42,369 nt of DNA from an uncultured Gammaproteobacteria bacterium (GCA_965368175.1 CBDULX010000003.1:1-42369), one strand, 5' to 3'; positions 21,204-31,275 are shown, numbered from the stretch's first letter. Program-made: numbers and translations. The notes: generated by a model not told the origin, from the sequence alone.

Positions 21204-22565
21204 ATGATAGATAAACCGGACACTGCTGAAAACACAGAAAATAAAATACAGGCGCTGTCTGATGCCCTGGAGTCCGGCACCCTGTATACAGCCCGTGGCA
21301 TGCTCAATGCCCTGCATCCTGCAGAAATCGCTCTGCTACTCGAATCTCTCCCCCCGCGTAATCGCGACCTCACCTGGGAACTGGTGAGTGACGATAACAA
21401 GGGTGAAGTATTAATCAGCCTGGGCGAAGAAGCGCGTGCTCTGCTGGTAAAAGACATGTCCCATGAGGCCCTGGTCAACGTCACCGAAGGTCTGGATCTG
21501 GACGACTCCGCTGACTTCATTCAGTCATTGCCCGATGCCCTCATCAACCGGGTACTGCAATCTCTCAACAGCCAGCACCGAGCGCTGCTGGAAACAGTAC
21601 TCTCCTACCCGGAAGACAGTGCCGGTGGTCTGATGAACACCGACACCATCACCATACGCCCGGAAGTGACCCTGGATGTGGTATTGCGTTATCTGCGCCT
21701 GCTGGGTGACATACCCAATCTTACCGACAGCATGATTGTGGTGGATCGAGCCAACCATTACCTGGGCACCCTGCCCCTGTCACAACTGCTCATTAACGAG
21801 CCCCACTTCACTGTGGCCGAAATCATGGACGACGAGTCCGAGTCTATACCCGTCACCATGCCCGACACCGAAGTTGCCAAACTGTTCGAGACCCACGACC
21901 TTATCTCCGCACCGGTGGTAGACAGCAATAATTACCTGCTGGGCAGAATCACCGTCGATGATGTGGTAGACGTTATCCGTGACGAAGCCGACCACTCATT
22001 ATTAAGCATGGCAGGTCTGGCTGACGAAGAAGACCTGTTCGCCCCGGCCATACCCAGCAGCTATCGACGTGCTATCTGGTTAGGCATTAACCTCATTACC
22101 GCTTTCATGGCCTCCTGGGTCGTTAGTAACTTCGAAGCCACCCTGGAAAAAGTAGTCACCGTCGCCATCCTCATGAACGTCGTCGCCAGCATGGGCGGCA
22201 TCGCCGGCAGCCAGACCATCACCCTGGTGATACGCGGACTGGCACTGGGCCAGGTCAGCAAAAACAACCGACGCTGGTTACTCAACAAGGAAATCGTCGT
22301 TGGCTTACTCAATGGCGCACTCTGGGCCATTGTGGTAGCCGCCATCGCCACACTCTGGTTCGGTGATTTCTCCATCGGCCTGGTCATCGCCGCCGCATTA
22401 ATTATCAATCTTTTCTTTGCCGCAACCTCGGGGGTGGTCATACCCATAGTGTTACGCAAAGTAGGTATAGACCCTGCGATAGCGGGCAGTGTCATACTCA
22501 CTACGGTGACAGATATTGTAGGGCTGCTGGCGTTTCTGGGATTGGCGACTGTGTTTTTGTTATAA
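21204..22565 (+). CDS. mgtE: Magnesium transporter MgtE
   Basis: LHPAEIA, YPEDSAGGLM, CBS pair, GRITVDDV, GGIAGSQ, IDPAIAG, TTVTDIVG. Confidence 0.96.
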   Translation: MIDKPDTAENTENKIQALSDALESGTLYTARGMLNALHPAEIALLLESLPPRNRDLTWELVSDDNKGEVLISLGEEARALLVKDMSHEALVNVTEGLDLDDSADFIQSLPDALINRVLQSLNSQHRALLETVLSYPEDSAGGLMNTDTITIRPEVTLDVVLRYLRLLGDIPNLTDSMIVVDRANHYLGTLPLSQLLINEPHFTVAEIMDDESESIPVTMPDTEVAKLFETHDLISAPVVDSNNYLLGRITVDDVVDVIRDEADHSLLSMAGLADEEDLFAPAIPSSYRRAIWLGINLITAFMASWVVSNFEATLEKVVTVAILMNVVASMGGIAGSQTITLVIRGLALGQVSKNNRRWLLNKEIVVGLLNGALWAIVVAAIATLWFGDFSIGLVIAAALIINLFFAATSGVVIPIVLRKVGIDPAIAGSVILTTVTDIVGLLAFLGLATVFLL

Positions 22566-22731
22566 GTTATAACAGAGCATTCGTAATTTACAGGTTTATA
22601 AAGGCACGCTCGTGCTTAAGCACGATGCAAAAAACCGTTACATTGCCTGTAACTAACCTGAAAGTAATTGAAAACCCCCGTTTCACCCAGACCTGGTATG
22701 CTTTATTATTGTAATAATGAAACGATATATA

Positions 22732-22783
22732 GAACGGCGCAATTTACCGAAATATACGGTGTTCGTAGATTACACTGTTATGC
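22732..22783 (+). other. attI-like (or terminal attC) integron recombination site
   Basis: gaacggcgcaatttaccgaaatatacggtgttcgtagattacactGTTATGC; the core GTTATGC (22777-22783) is just before the RBS of cassette 1 and nearly complementary to that cassette's inverse core GTATAAC. Confidence 0.5.
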
Positions 22784-22798
22784 AATAAAGGAATAATT

Positions 22799-23101
22799 AT
22801 GAAGCATTACATAATTGTTGAAACAAATGTTACCAATCCAGGATGGATTCCTGATTATTTAAAAAATGTAACACCTATGGTTGAAAAATTCGGTGGTAAA
22901 TATCTAACTAGAACATCGAATATTCAATTACTAGAAGGAAACAGTGAAATACCTCAATTTTCGTTAATCGCAGAGTTTCCATCTAAAGAAAGTGCCACTA
23001 ATTTTTATAACAGCACTGAATACGAGCCCTACAAAAAAGCAAGGCAAAAGGGCTCGAGCAGCAAATTTCTACTTGTTCCAGCTGAGGGCACAAACGTATA
23101 A
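22799..23101 (+). CDS. DUF1330 domain protein (gene cassette 1)
   Basis: YIIVETNVTNP...FGGKYLTR...LEG...AEFPSKESA..FYNS.EY; AT-rich; stop codon lies inside the attC inverse core. Confidence 0.85.
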   Translation: MKHYIIVETNVTNPGWIPDYLKNVTPMVEKFGGKYLTRTSNIQLLEGNSEIPQFSLIAEFPSKESATNFYNSTEYEPYKKARQKGSSSKFLLVPAEGTNV

Positions 23102-23176
23102 CAAGTCGGTCAAATTGTTCGCTATCACTCACTCGGACCGCCATAAAGCGGAGGCCATTTACCTATAACGTTAGCT
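23096..23176 (+). other. Integron attC site (intact)
   Basis: R'' GTATAAC; L'' ggtCaaat pairing with L' atttacc with one extra base; central gttcgctatcactcactcggaccgccataaagcgg; R' GTTAGCT; 81 bp. Confidence 0.82.
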
Positions 23177-23188
23177 TAATAAAAAACC

Positions 23189-23656
23189 ATGGGAAAACCT
23201 ATATTCGAACAAACAAGCAATATTAACGACCCCATTGAAGAGTACCTGTCTAATTCAATCATCGATTATGGCAAAGCACAACTCAATGACGAATTACCAC
23301 TAAAACTTTACTGTAGCTGTAAATCTAACCAAGGGGAGTTACTTGGTGCGGTTATGGGCACAAAAACAATAAACTTATTCTTTATCTCACACATCTTTGT
23401 TGATAAAGAATATCGAAGAAAAGGCATTGGAACTAAGTTACTATCACAAATCGAAATCAAAGCTAAAAATATCGGCTGCAATATTATCAGACTCAATACT
23501 TTCAATAACTTATCTCAAAATTTTTATTTAAATAATGGCTATTCAGAAACCACACGTATCAATAGTTATATGAGTGGCTTTGACCTGGTGTATTATGAGA
23601 AAACAATCAGCCAGGTGCATAAAATCGTTCGCTACCGCTCACTGGACCCGCCATAA
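23189..23656 (+). CDS. GNAT family N-acetyltransferase (gene cassette 2; C-terminus reads into a decayed attC)
   Basis: IFVDKEYRRKGIGTKLL (motif A), LNTF...NFYLNNGY. Confidence 0.88.
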   Translation: MGKPIFEQTSNINDPIEEYLSNSIIDYGKAQLNDELPLKLYCSCKSNQGELLGAVMGTKTINLFFISHIFVDKEYRRKGIGTKLLSQIEIKAKNIGCNIIRLNTFNNLSQNFYLNNGYSETTRINSYMSGFDLVYYEKTISQVHKIVRYRSLDPP

Positions 23657-23686
23657 AGCGGCGACCCTTTATGCTAAACCCTATGC
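23609..23686 (+). other. Decayed attC site
   Basis: Same core as attC1 (gttcgctaccgctcact.ggacccgccataaagcgg); gcataaa/tttatgc arms kept; R'' and R' boxes mutated. Confidence 0.7.
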
Positions 23687-23710
23687 TAATTAAATAATAA
23701 GCAACATTGT

Positions 23711-24607
23711 ATGACAATATATATTCTCGGAACACTGACAATACTATTACCGCTATTGCTTATTGCATGGCTCTCATTCAGCAGGGTAAATAGTAAACTT
23801 GAATGGTTTCTGAGGCTCATATTTGTAGGGAGTATTGTGCTTATCTGTTACAGAATCGGCACATGGTCAATGACCAGCTATTACATCAGGTTCGTTATCG
23901 TGACAATTTACGCAGGCTCAGCACTTTTTTCATTTCATCATATCCGTGCCGGACCCTGGCATATACCTAAAGAACAGTGGTTTCGCGTTGGCATTACCGC
24001 TCTATTCAGTTTGTCAGGCATAACATTAAGTGCTTTAACGCTTACTGGAGCCTCGTATTCAGGCACTAACATAGTCAGCCTGGAATTCCCATTTGTTCAG
24101 GGCAGTTATTATGTAATACAGGGCGGTAGCAATATAATAACAAATCCGTTTCATAGCATGTCACCGAATGGAAAATATGCTATCGACATTGTTAAAATAA
24201 ATAATCAAGGCAACAGGGCTACGACCCTTTTTCCGAAAAAACTCGATCAGTATCATATTTTTGGTGAGGTAGTTCACAGTCCATGTGAAGGTAGAGTTAC
24301 AACAATTGTTAGCAATTTACCGGATAATATTCCCGTAAGTGTGGATCGGAAACACCCTGCTGGGAACCACATTGTTATTGAATGCGGCAGCATTAAAGTA
24401 ATGCTCACACATTTAAAAGAAGGCAGCCTGATTGTCAGTAAAGGTGATAACGTTAAAGAGAGCCAGCCTGTCGGAATGGTTGGCAATTCTGGTTACACGG
24501 ATGAGTCGCACCTTCACATACAGGCTAATAGCCATGATGGAAACCCAGTTGCAATCATGTTTGGTGGAAGGTTTCTTTCAATTAATGACTTATACGTTAT
24601 TAATTAA
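23711..24607 (+). CDS. Membrane-anchored M23 family metallopeptidase (probable cassette 3)
   Basis: About 4 N-terminal TM helices; FH...YAID, AGNHIVI, HLKEGS, GMVGNSGYTDESHLH; followed by GCCTAAC (24614-24620), an attC inverse core. Confidence 0.82.
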   Translation: MTIYILGTLTILLPLLLIAWLSFSRVNSKLEWFLRLIFVGSIVLICYRIGTWSMTSYYIRFVIVTIYAGSALFSFHHIRAGPWHIPKEQWFRVGITALFSLSGITLSALTLTGASYSGTNIVSLEFPFVQGSYYVIQGGSNIITNPFHSMSPNGKYAIDIVKINNQGNRATTLFPKKLDQYHIFGEVVHSPCEGRVTTIVSNLPDNIPVSVDRKHPAGNHIVIECGSIKVMLTHLKEGSLIVSKGDNVKESQPVGMVGNSGYTDESHLHIQANSHDGNPVAIMFGGRFLSINDLYVIN

Positions 24608-24674
24608 CTCATGGCCTAACCGGGCAAATAAAAATACACATCCTGACTCCGATCTTTCATAACATGAGGTAGAA

Positions 24675-25028
24675 ATGAAAATTGCTGTAACAAGTCAAAA
24701 CCGTAAAACCATAACGGAACATGCAGGCCGATGCAGAAAGTTCTGGGTATTCAATATTGAGAACAACAAGATTGTTGATAAACAACTTCTTGAACTTCCA
24801 AAAGAGCAGGCATTTCATGATAGCTCAGCGCATGAGCCACATCCTCTGGATAATGTAGACGTCATAATTACAGGAGGTATGGGCCAGGGACTGATGATGC
24901 GACTCGAAAGGAAAGGCACTAAAGGCATAGTAACGAAAGAAAGTGACCCCGAAAGGGCTGTTTTACTTTATCTTAATGGCTCGCTACGCAGTGAACAATT
25001 TCATCAGCATGGTCATGAACAGCAATAG
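24675..25028 (+). CDS. NifB/NifX (FeMo-cofactor-binding fold) family protein
   Basis: MKIAVTS..ITEHAGRCRKF, DVIITGGMGQGL, His-rich tail; GAGG RBS. Confidence 0.8.
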   Translation: MKIAVTSQNRKTITEHAGRCRKFWVFNIENNKIVDKQLLELPKEQAFHDSSAHEPHPLDNVDVIITGGMGQGLMMRLERKGTKGIVTKESDPERAVLLYLNGSLRSEQFHQHGHEQQ

Positions 25029-25413
25029 CGGCCTGAGAATTACATATACTTATCCACCCACATAATGTGCGAACTTAAACCCCTGCCTACCTGGGGTCAA
25101 TTATTGCTTTTTATAATTACTAATATAACCCTGTAATTATCGCGAATATTAGAATACATCAACATAATACTCTACCATTTAATTTTAGTGGCAAATCCTG
25201 TTTACAAATACTTTTCTGCATATAGGATATATATAACAGTTTAGCGCATGATTTTATCAGCAAACTCTTAAGCCATTCACAATGTTAAATACAATAACAA
25301 AAGCAAAATGAATATGCATGGAAATGACGTGCTTTTTAACTAATATTAATATCTGCACGTATCGACCGATACTAAGGTATATACTCGTACTAACATTAAC
25401 AGGTAAAGATAAT

Positions 25414-26100
25414 TTGTCTACTGATAACACAACGGATAGCAACAAACACAGTAATGGTTTTACAAAAGAGCTACTGGAACTTGCCCTGAAGTCGAGTGGT
25501 GATTCTGTATGGTTCTGGAACATTGAATCTGGTGAGCTCGTATTTGACCGAAACTGGATAAAACACCTGGGTTACAAGCCCAGCCTGTTCAAACTCACTT
25601 TTGAATGGTGGGACAATAACATAAAACCTGAACACAAACCTGTATTTGAAACCGCCTTCAATGACTACCTGGAAGGTCATAAAGACAATTTCGAAATAGA
25701 GTACCAGATACGCACTAACACTGGTGACTGGATATGGGTGTGGGCAATAGGCAAATGCATTGAATACGGCAATGATGGGAAACCATTGATATTCATCGGC
25801 ACACATCGAGATATTACAAGAATAAAAAATAATGAATATACTCTAACCAGCCTCACAAATGATTTAGAACAAAAGGTATTAGAAAGAACCCAGGAGCTGG
25901 AAAATGCTTTGCATGAAATCAAAACCTTACAGGGCATTATACCTATTTGCGGTTATTGTAAAAAAATTAGAGATGACCAGGGTAGCTGGAATCAACTTGA
26001 AAAATACATATGCGAACACTCTAACGCGGCCTTTAGCCATGGAGTCTGCCCTGATTGTTATATAAAAATCATTAATGACAACAGTAAACCCAATAAATAA
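25414..26100 (+). CDS. PAS/PAC domain protein with C-terminal Cys/His (Zn-binding) module
   Basis: PAS_3 motifs (WFWN, EYQIR..GDWIWV..G, GTHRDIT); coiled coil; IPICGYCKKIRDD..W...FSHGVCPDC. Start uncertain (TTG 25414 with AGGT upstream; frame open from 25318). Confidence 0.8.
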   Translation: MSTDNTTDSNKHSNGFTKELLELALKSSGDSVWFWNIESGELVFDRNWIKHLGYKPSLFKLTFEWWDNNIKPEHKPVFETAFNDYLEGHKDNFEIEYQIRTNTGDWIWVWAIGKCIEYGNDGKPLIFIGTHRDITRIKNNEYTLTSLTNDLEQKVLERTQELENALHEIKTLQGIIPICGYCKKIRDDQGSWNQLEKYICEHSNAAFSHGVCPDCYIKIINDNSKPNK

Positions 26101-26304
26101 AACTCAGCGCACTAATTATGACTGACTCATCCAATAGATTTGAGGCATCAAACTGCTGTGATCATCACAAGTTAAAAAAAGCAGAGTTGAACCTATAATT
26201 ATTAAACTATTTGAAAAACAACTACCAACTCAACAAAAAGAAGCTATAAAAATACATTAAATCAATATCACAACAGTTTATATTATAACTAGAGGAATAT
26301 AATT

Positions 26305-26706
26305 ATGAGCATGATGAAAGAATTCAAAGATTTTGCAGTGAAAGGCAATGTTGTTGACATGGCTGTTGGTATCGTTATTGGCGCGGCATTCGGTAAAATT
26401 GTTTCAGCCCTGGTTGCAGGTGTACTCATGCCTCCAATAGGAGTGCTATTAGGTGGGGTAGATTTTTCCAATTTGGCATATATAGTTAAAGAAGCTGCAG
26501 GCGATGCACCTGCTGTAGTAATTAGCTATGGAGCCTTCATTCAAACTGTCATCGATTTTGCCATCATCGCTTTTGCTATATTTATGGTGGTTAAGGGAAT
26601 CAACTCTCTTAAGAAAAAAGAGGAAGCTGCGCCTAAAGCCCCACCAGAACCTTCAGTAGAAGAAGTTTTACTTACGGAAATACGTGATTTATTGAAAGCG
26701 AAATAA
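26305..26706 (+). CDS. mscL: Large-conductance mechanosensitive channel
   Basis: [37 protein letters not shown]. Confidence 0.97.
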   Translation: MSMMKEFKDFAVKGNVVDMAVGIVIGAAFGKIVSALVAGVLMPPIGVLLGGVDFSNLAYIVKEAAGDAPAVVISYGAFIQTVIDFAIIAFAIFMVVKGINSLKKKEEAAPKAPPEPSVEEVLLTEIRDLLKAK

Positions 26707-26856
26707 CAGGAAATTCTTCTCAACATATCATATAACAACATCATCAACCCGGTCTGTAAAATTTTTTGTAACTATCGATACAACGAATTCTACTGCCGTT
26801 TATAACAAACCTTATATATTGAAGTTATCCATGGAGCAAAGATACAGCTAGCTTCC

Positions 26857-26930
26857 CTAAGGAACTTCTGATTAAGTCTGATTGTTTTAGCCAGCATAAA
26901 ACAATCATGACTTGAACAGAGGCCCCCTAA
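26857..26930. mobile_element. MITE copy with CTAA direct repeats
   Basis: CTAA-ggaacttctgattaagtc-tgattgtttta..taaaacaatca-tgacttgaacagaggcccc-CTAA; lies between convergent mscL and RND genes. Confidence 0.7.
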
Positions 26931-26954
26931 GTCGATGAGGCATATAAAAAACCA

Positions 26955-29900
26955 TCAGGTCTGATCATGATTATGGTCTCTTGCCATCAAAATGTAGAAC
27001 GCGGGCAAAATAAACAAAGTAAAAAAGGTACCTATGCCCAGTCCAGCGGCGATGGTCATACCAATATGAAAGCGACTGACTGCCCCTGCACCGGTGGCGA
27101 TTAATAGTGGGAACATGGCAACGATTAGTGCAACCGTGGTCATGAAAATGGGCCGCAGGCGAATAGTGGCGGCTTTTTCAACAGCTTCACGTTTGGACAG
27201 ACGCTCATTAATTTGCAGCTTGTTGGCAAACTCAACTATCAGTATGCCATTTTTGGCCACTACACCTATCAGGGTAATCAAACCAACCTTGGTATAGATA
27301 TTCAGTGACAGCGCGTTCACCTCAAACATAATAAACAGTAACGCTCCTGCGGTTGCCAGTGGTACTGAAACAAGGATAATTGCCGGATCACGCCAGCTTT
27401 CAAACTGTGCGGCCAGTACCAGATAAATAACCAGTAACGACATAAACATGGTTATGGTCAGTGCTGAACTCTCCTGGGCATACTGGCGTGAATCCCCTAG
27501 ATAATCATAACCATAGCCTTTGGGCAAACTCTGTTTTGCCAATTCAGTGAGATGCTCCAGTGCATCACCCAGTGCTACATCTGGAGTGGTTACACCCTGA
27601 ATAACCAGTGAATTTAATTGCTGGAACTGAGTACGGTCGGTGGGCTCCACCGATTGCTTCATGGTGACAATGGTGGATAGGGGCACCAGATTCCCCGCCG
27701 CACTGCGCACATAATAATCCTTGAGCATTTCCGCATCGCGACGGTAATCCCTCGACACCAGCGGTATAACCTTGTAACTGCGACCTTCCATGCTGAAGCG
27801 GTTAACATAACCACCACCCAGTAATGTACCCAGGTTACGGCCGATACTGGCCATGCTGATACCCAGGTCGCCCGCACGGTCACGGTCAATTTCGATACTT
27901 ATGGTGGGCCGGTCAATATCAATGGATTTTTCCAGGAACATAAACTGGCCACTGGCCATGGCCTGACCCATCAGCTGGTCCGCCACTTCAACCAGTTCTT
28001 CATAACTGCGATCAGTAGTAACTACAAATTGCAGAGGTGCCCCGCGTGACGGGGTGGGAATACTCGGACGCGGGAAAACAAAGCTGCGAAAACCGGCCAC
28101 CTGACTGAGCATGCCAAACAGCGGACCCTGCACTTCTTTCTGCTCTCGCTCGCGCTGTTCCACCGGTTTCATCTTAAAGCCGCCGAAAATTTGCCCCGGT
28201 GTGAAACCCAGGATATAAAAACTCTCATTGAATTCCGGAAAGGTTTCAAAACCAGTCTGTATTTGTTTACCATAGGCCTCAAGATATTCCAGTGTAGCTG
28301 TACGCGGGCCGGTAGCGCTAAAAAACAGGATGCTCTGATCTTCATCAGGTGCCAGTTCATTTTTGCTGTTCATGTACATCAGGTAATTTGAAAATAAAAT
28401 GAGCGCACCCAGTGCAACCATAATTCCAACACTGTTCAGCGCTTTATGTAGTACGCGACTATAACCCTCGGATAACCAGTTAAAAGCTTTTTCGACCTGC
28501 TGCTCAAAGCGGCCCTCTCCGCCGTGTTCGCTTAATACTCGCGATGACAACATGGGTGAAAGGGTTAAAGCAATGACGCCAGAGATCAATACCGCACCGG
28601 TGAGTGTGAAGGCAAATTCTATAAACAATGCACCGGTGAGACCGCCCATAAAACCGATGGGTGCATACACGGCGAGCAACGTAGTGGTCATGGCAATGAT
28701 AGGGATAGCAAGTTCACGCGCCCCCTTAAGTGCGGCCTCCATACGGCCTTCACCACGCTCGATGTGGCGATGAACGTTTTCTACCACGATGATGGCATCA
28801 TCCACCACCAGGCCAATCGCCAGTACCATGGATAACAGAGTAAGCAGGTTAAGCGAATAACCAAGCAGGTACATCAAGAAAGCCGCACCAATCATCGCCA
28901 GAGGCACTGCCACTGCGGGAATAATTGCCGCGCGCAATGAACCCAGGGTGAGATAAATCACCACCAACACAATGAGCACGGCTTCAATGATGGTTTTGTA
29001 AACTTCGGTGATGGATGACTTGATAAACTGACTGCCATCATAAGGCACCTTGACCTGCAAGCCCTGTGGTAACTGTGCCTCAACTTTTGGAATGAGATTG
29101 TTAACGGCATCGGCGACGGTGATGGGATTGGCGCCTGGTGCCTGCTCAATAGCGATGAACACCGAGGGAATACCCTTGTACCAGGTACTGGTATTATAGT
29201 CATCCGAACCCAGTTCGGCTTTAGCAATATCCTGTAAACGAACCAGTGCGCCATTTTCACTGCGCACTACCAGTTTGCGGAAATTTTCCGGGTCATTGAC
29301 ATCGGTGGTAGTGGTCAGGTTAATGCTCAGGTATTTATCTTTGGTGGAGCCTATACCCGCCTGATAGTTATTATTGAGCAACACATTAACAACATCTTCA
29401 CCGGTCACTCCCAGCGCCGCCATGCGTTGCGGATTCAGCCAGATACGCATGGCAAACTGCGAGGCAAACAGACGCGCCTTGGCGACACCGGGCAAGGCCT
29501 GCAATTGCGGTTGCACCACACGCAATACGTAATCGCTGATTTGCGGCCGCGGTACCGTATCACTGAAAAACGCCAGATACATAAGCGCTGTTCGATCACC
29601 GGTCGTGGATTCGATAATCGGATCTAGTGCCTCGGCGGGCAATTCACCACGCTTGCTGGCAACCTTGGCCTGTATCTCGGCGATTGCGGCATTGGGATCG
29701 TAGTTGAGGCGCATTTGCGCTTCGATAGTGGACACTCCCTGCGCACTGGTAGACGAAATAAAATCAATGCCATTAGCTTCAGACATCGCCTGCTGTATTG
29801 GCGTAGTTATAAAGCCTTTCACCAGTTCTGAACTGGCACCCGGATAAGCAGTGGTTACTGTGATAACGGTATTCTTTATTAGTGGAAACTGGCGTACCTC

Positions 29901-29996
29901 CAGCAAACCGAGTGAGCGCAAGCCCATCAACAGAATTAACAGACTAATAACGGTTGCCAGTACCGGGCGATGGATGAAAATGTCAGTGAACTTCAT
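26955..29996 (-). CDS. RND efflux permease (HAE1, MexW/MexI-like)
   Basis: FIHRPVLATVISL, AIGLVVDDAIIVVEN, KNGILIVEFAN, RLRPIFMTT; 1013 aa. Confidence 0.95.
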   Translation of the reverse strand: MKFTDIFIHRPVLATVISLLILLMGLRSLGLLEVRQFPLIKNTVITVTTAYPGASSELVKGFITTPIQQAMSEANGIDFISSTSAQGVSTIEAQMRLNYDPNAAIAEIQAKVASKRGELPAEALDPIIESTTGDRTALMYLAFFSDTVPRPQISDYVLRVVQPQLQALPGVAKARLFASQFAMRIWLNPQRMAALGVTGEDVVNVLLNNNYQAGIGSTKDKYLSINLTTTTDVNDPENFRKLVVRSENGALVRLQDIAKAELGSDDYNTSTWYKGIPSVFIAIEQAPGANPITVADAVNNLIPKVEAQLPQGLQVKVPYDGSQFIKSSITEVYKTIIEAVLIVLVVIYLTLGSLRAAIIPAVAVPLAMIGAAFLMYLLGYSLNLLTLLSMVLAIGLVVDDAIIVVENVHRHIERGEGRMEAALKGARELAIPIIAMTTTLLAVYAPIGFMGGLTGALFIEFAFTLTGAVLISGVIALTLSPMLSSRVLSEHGGEGRFEQQVEKAFNWLSEGYSRVLHKALNSVGIMVALGALILFSNYLMYMNSKNELAPDEDQSILFFSATGPRTATLEYLEAYGKQIQTGFETFPEFNESFYILGFTPGQIFGGFKMKPVEQREREQKEVQGPLFGMLSQVAGFRSFVFPRPSIPTPSRGAPLQFVVTTDRSYEELVEVADQLMGQAMASGQFMFLEKSIDIDRPTISIEIDRDRAGDLGISMASIGRNLGTLLGGGYVNRFSMEGRSYKVIPLVSRDYRRDAEMLKDYYVRSAAGNLVPLSTIVTMKQSVEPTDRTQFQQLNSLVIQGVTTPDVALGDALEHLTELAKQSLPKGYGYDYLGDSRQYAQESSALTITMFMSLLVIYLVLAAQFESWRDPAIILVSVPLATAGALLFIMFEVNALSLNIYTKVGLITLIGVVAKNGILIVEFANKLQINERLSKREAVEKAATIRLRPIFMTTVALIVAMFPLLIATGAGAVSRFHIGMTIAAGLGIGTFFTLFILPAFYILMARDHNHDQT

Positions 29997-31093
29997 TCGC
30001 TCCTGATCTCCGCATCATTGAGCTCGACCTGGTTATCAACCATAACGGGCATTCCGTCACGCAGTTTCACCAGGCCGGTGCGTACCACCTGTGCACCTTC
30101 CTGCAAACCTTTAACGGCTACCCTTCCATTACGTATTTCACCTGTATCGACCGGTGTACGCTTGACCATGAGCATCTGCTGCTCATTTTTGTTAATAACG
30201 AACACAAAATTTCCATAAGTATTAAAACTGATCGCAGTGCGCGGCAGTGTTAATACTGATTGTGCCTGATCGGTAATGGTTTCCACCTGAGCGAACATTC
30301 CTGGGCGCATGACCTTGTCGGAATTTTCTAATGTGGCGCGGATTTTCAGTGTGCGGGTACCGGTATCGATACCTGGGTTTAATGCACTGATCTCACCAGT
30401 GAAAATCTGGTTGGGAATTGCATCCAGCTGCAGTCTCACCTCCTGCCCGGTTTTTAATCGGGATAAATAACGCTCCGATAATGTGTAGTCTACATAAATG
30501 GGATCCAGTGCCTGCAGGCTGACGATAGGGCTACCCGCCTCGATAAACTGTCCAAGATCGACCTGACGTATGCCGGCCAGACCCGCAAAAGGCGCACGAA
30601 TTATTTTACGACTGATAATGGCTTCCTGCTGTTTTACCCGGGCTCGGGCGGCATCATGACGTGCTTCGGCCTCATCATATTCCGATTTGGATATAACTCG
30701 TTTTTTCAGCAGGTCGGCGGCACGGTTGAACTGTATCTGGGTTAGTTTGCTCTCTGCACGCAGCGCTTCCAGCGCAGCCAGATCCACAGAATTCTCCAGC
30801 CGAACCAGTATCTGACCCTGCTCAACCGGTTGTCCGGACTTAAATATAACCTCACTAACAATACCGTTAACTTCGGTACTTACATTAATGCCGTTGATGG
30901 CCACCAGTGAGCCGACAGATTGAAGTGACGGCTGCCAGTACTCCTGTTTTACTTCGGTCGCTGCAATCACCGCAGGTGGGAAGCCCTGTGGAGTTGCGGA
31001 CTGTTGCATCATCCTTTGCCAGACCATAAAACCCGTAAAGCCAGCGACAATGATAACCAGTAATCCTGTTGCAATGATCAATCGTTTTGACAT
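29993..31093 (-). CDS. RND efflux periplasmic adaptor (MFP)
   Basis: TM anchor, lipoyl half-motifs, IRAPFAG..GIRQVDLGQ, TRTLKIRA, RPGMFA. Confidence 0.93.
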   Translation of the reverse strand: MSKRLIIATGLLVIIVAGFTGFMVWQRMMQQSATPQGFPPAVIAATEVKQEYWQPSLQSVGSLVAINGINVSTEVNGIVSEVIFKSGQPVEQGQILVRLENSVDLAALEALRAESKLTQIQFNRAADLLKKRVISKSEYDEAEARHDAARARVKQQEAIISRKIIRAPFAGLAGIRQVDLGQFIEAGSPIVSLQALDPIYVDYTLSERYLSRLKTGQEVRLQLDAIPNQIFTGEISALNPGIDTGTRTLKIRATLENSDKVMRPGMFAQVETITDQAQSVLTLPRTAISFNTYGNFVFVINKNEQQMLMVKRTPVDTGEIRNGRVAVKGLQEGAQVVRTGLVKLRDGMPVMVDNQVELNDAEIRSE

Positions 31094-31275
31094 GCCCTGG
31101 GTTTCCCTTTAAATGACAAATTTAGCAAGTTAACTATAACTCGCAGCATATACTAAAATAAACCCGTAATGAGTAAATATATACAATCAGAGCCTAAGGA
31201 AAATGGCCATGCTTAAAAGCTTATAATAATAAATTATGCCATTCCTGCTTACTGTTAACGGGGCAAATTAAACTG

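Noticed and set aside
20978-21520. 180-aa minus-strand ORF
   Set aside because: Mostly antisense to mgtE and runs through a MITE; no motifs.
22566-22740. Integron integrase remnant
   Set aside because: Too short, and no tyrosine-recombinase motifs were noticed.
24675-25028. Evidence of nitrogen fixation
   Set aside because: The fold is widespread in non-diazotrophs and no nif genes are present here.
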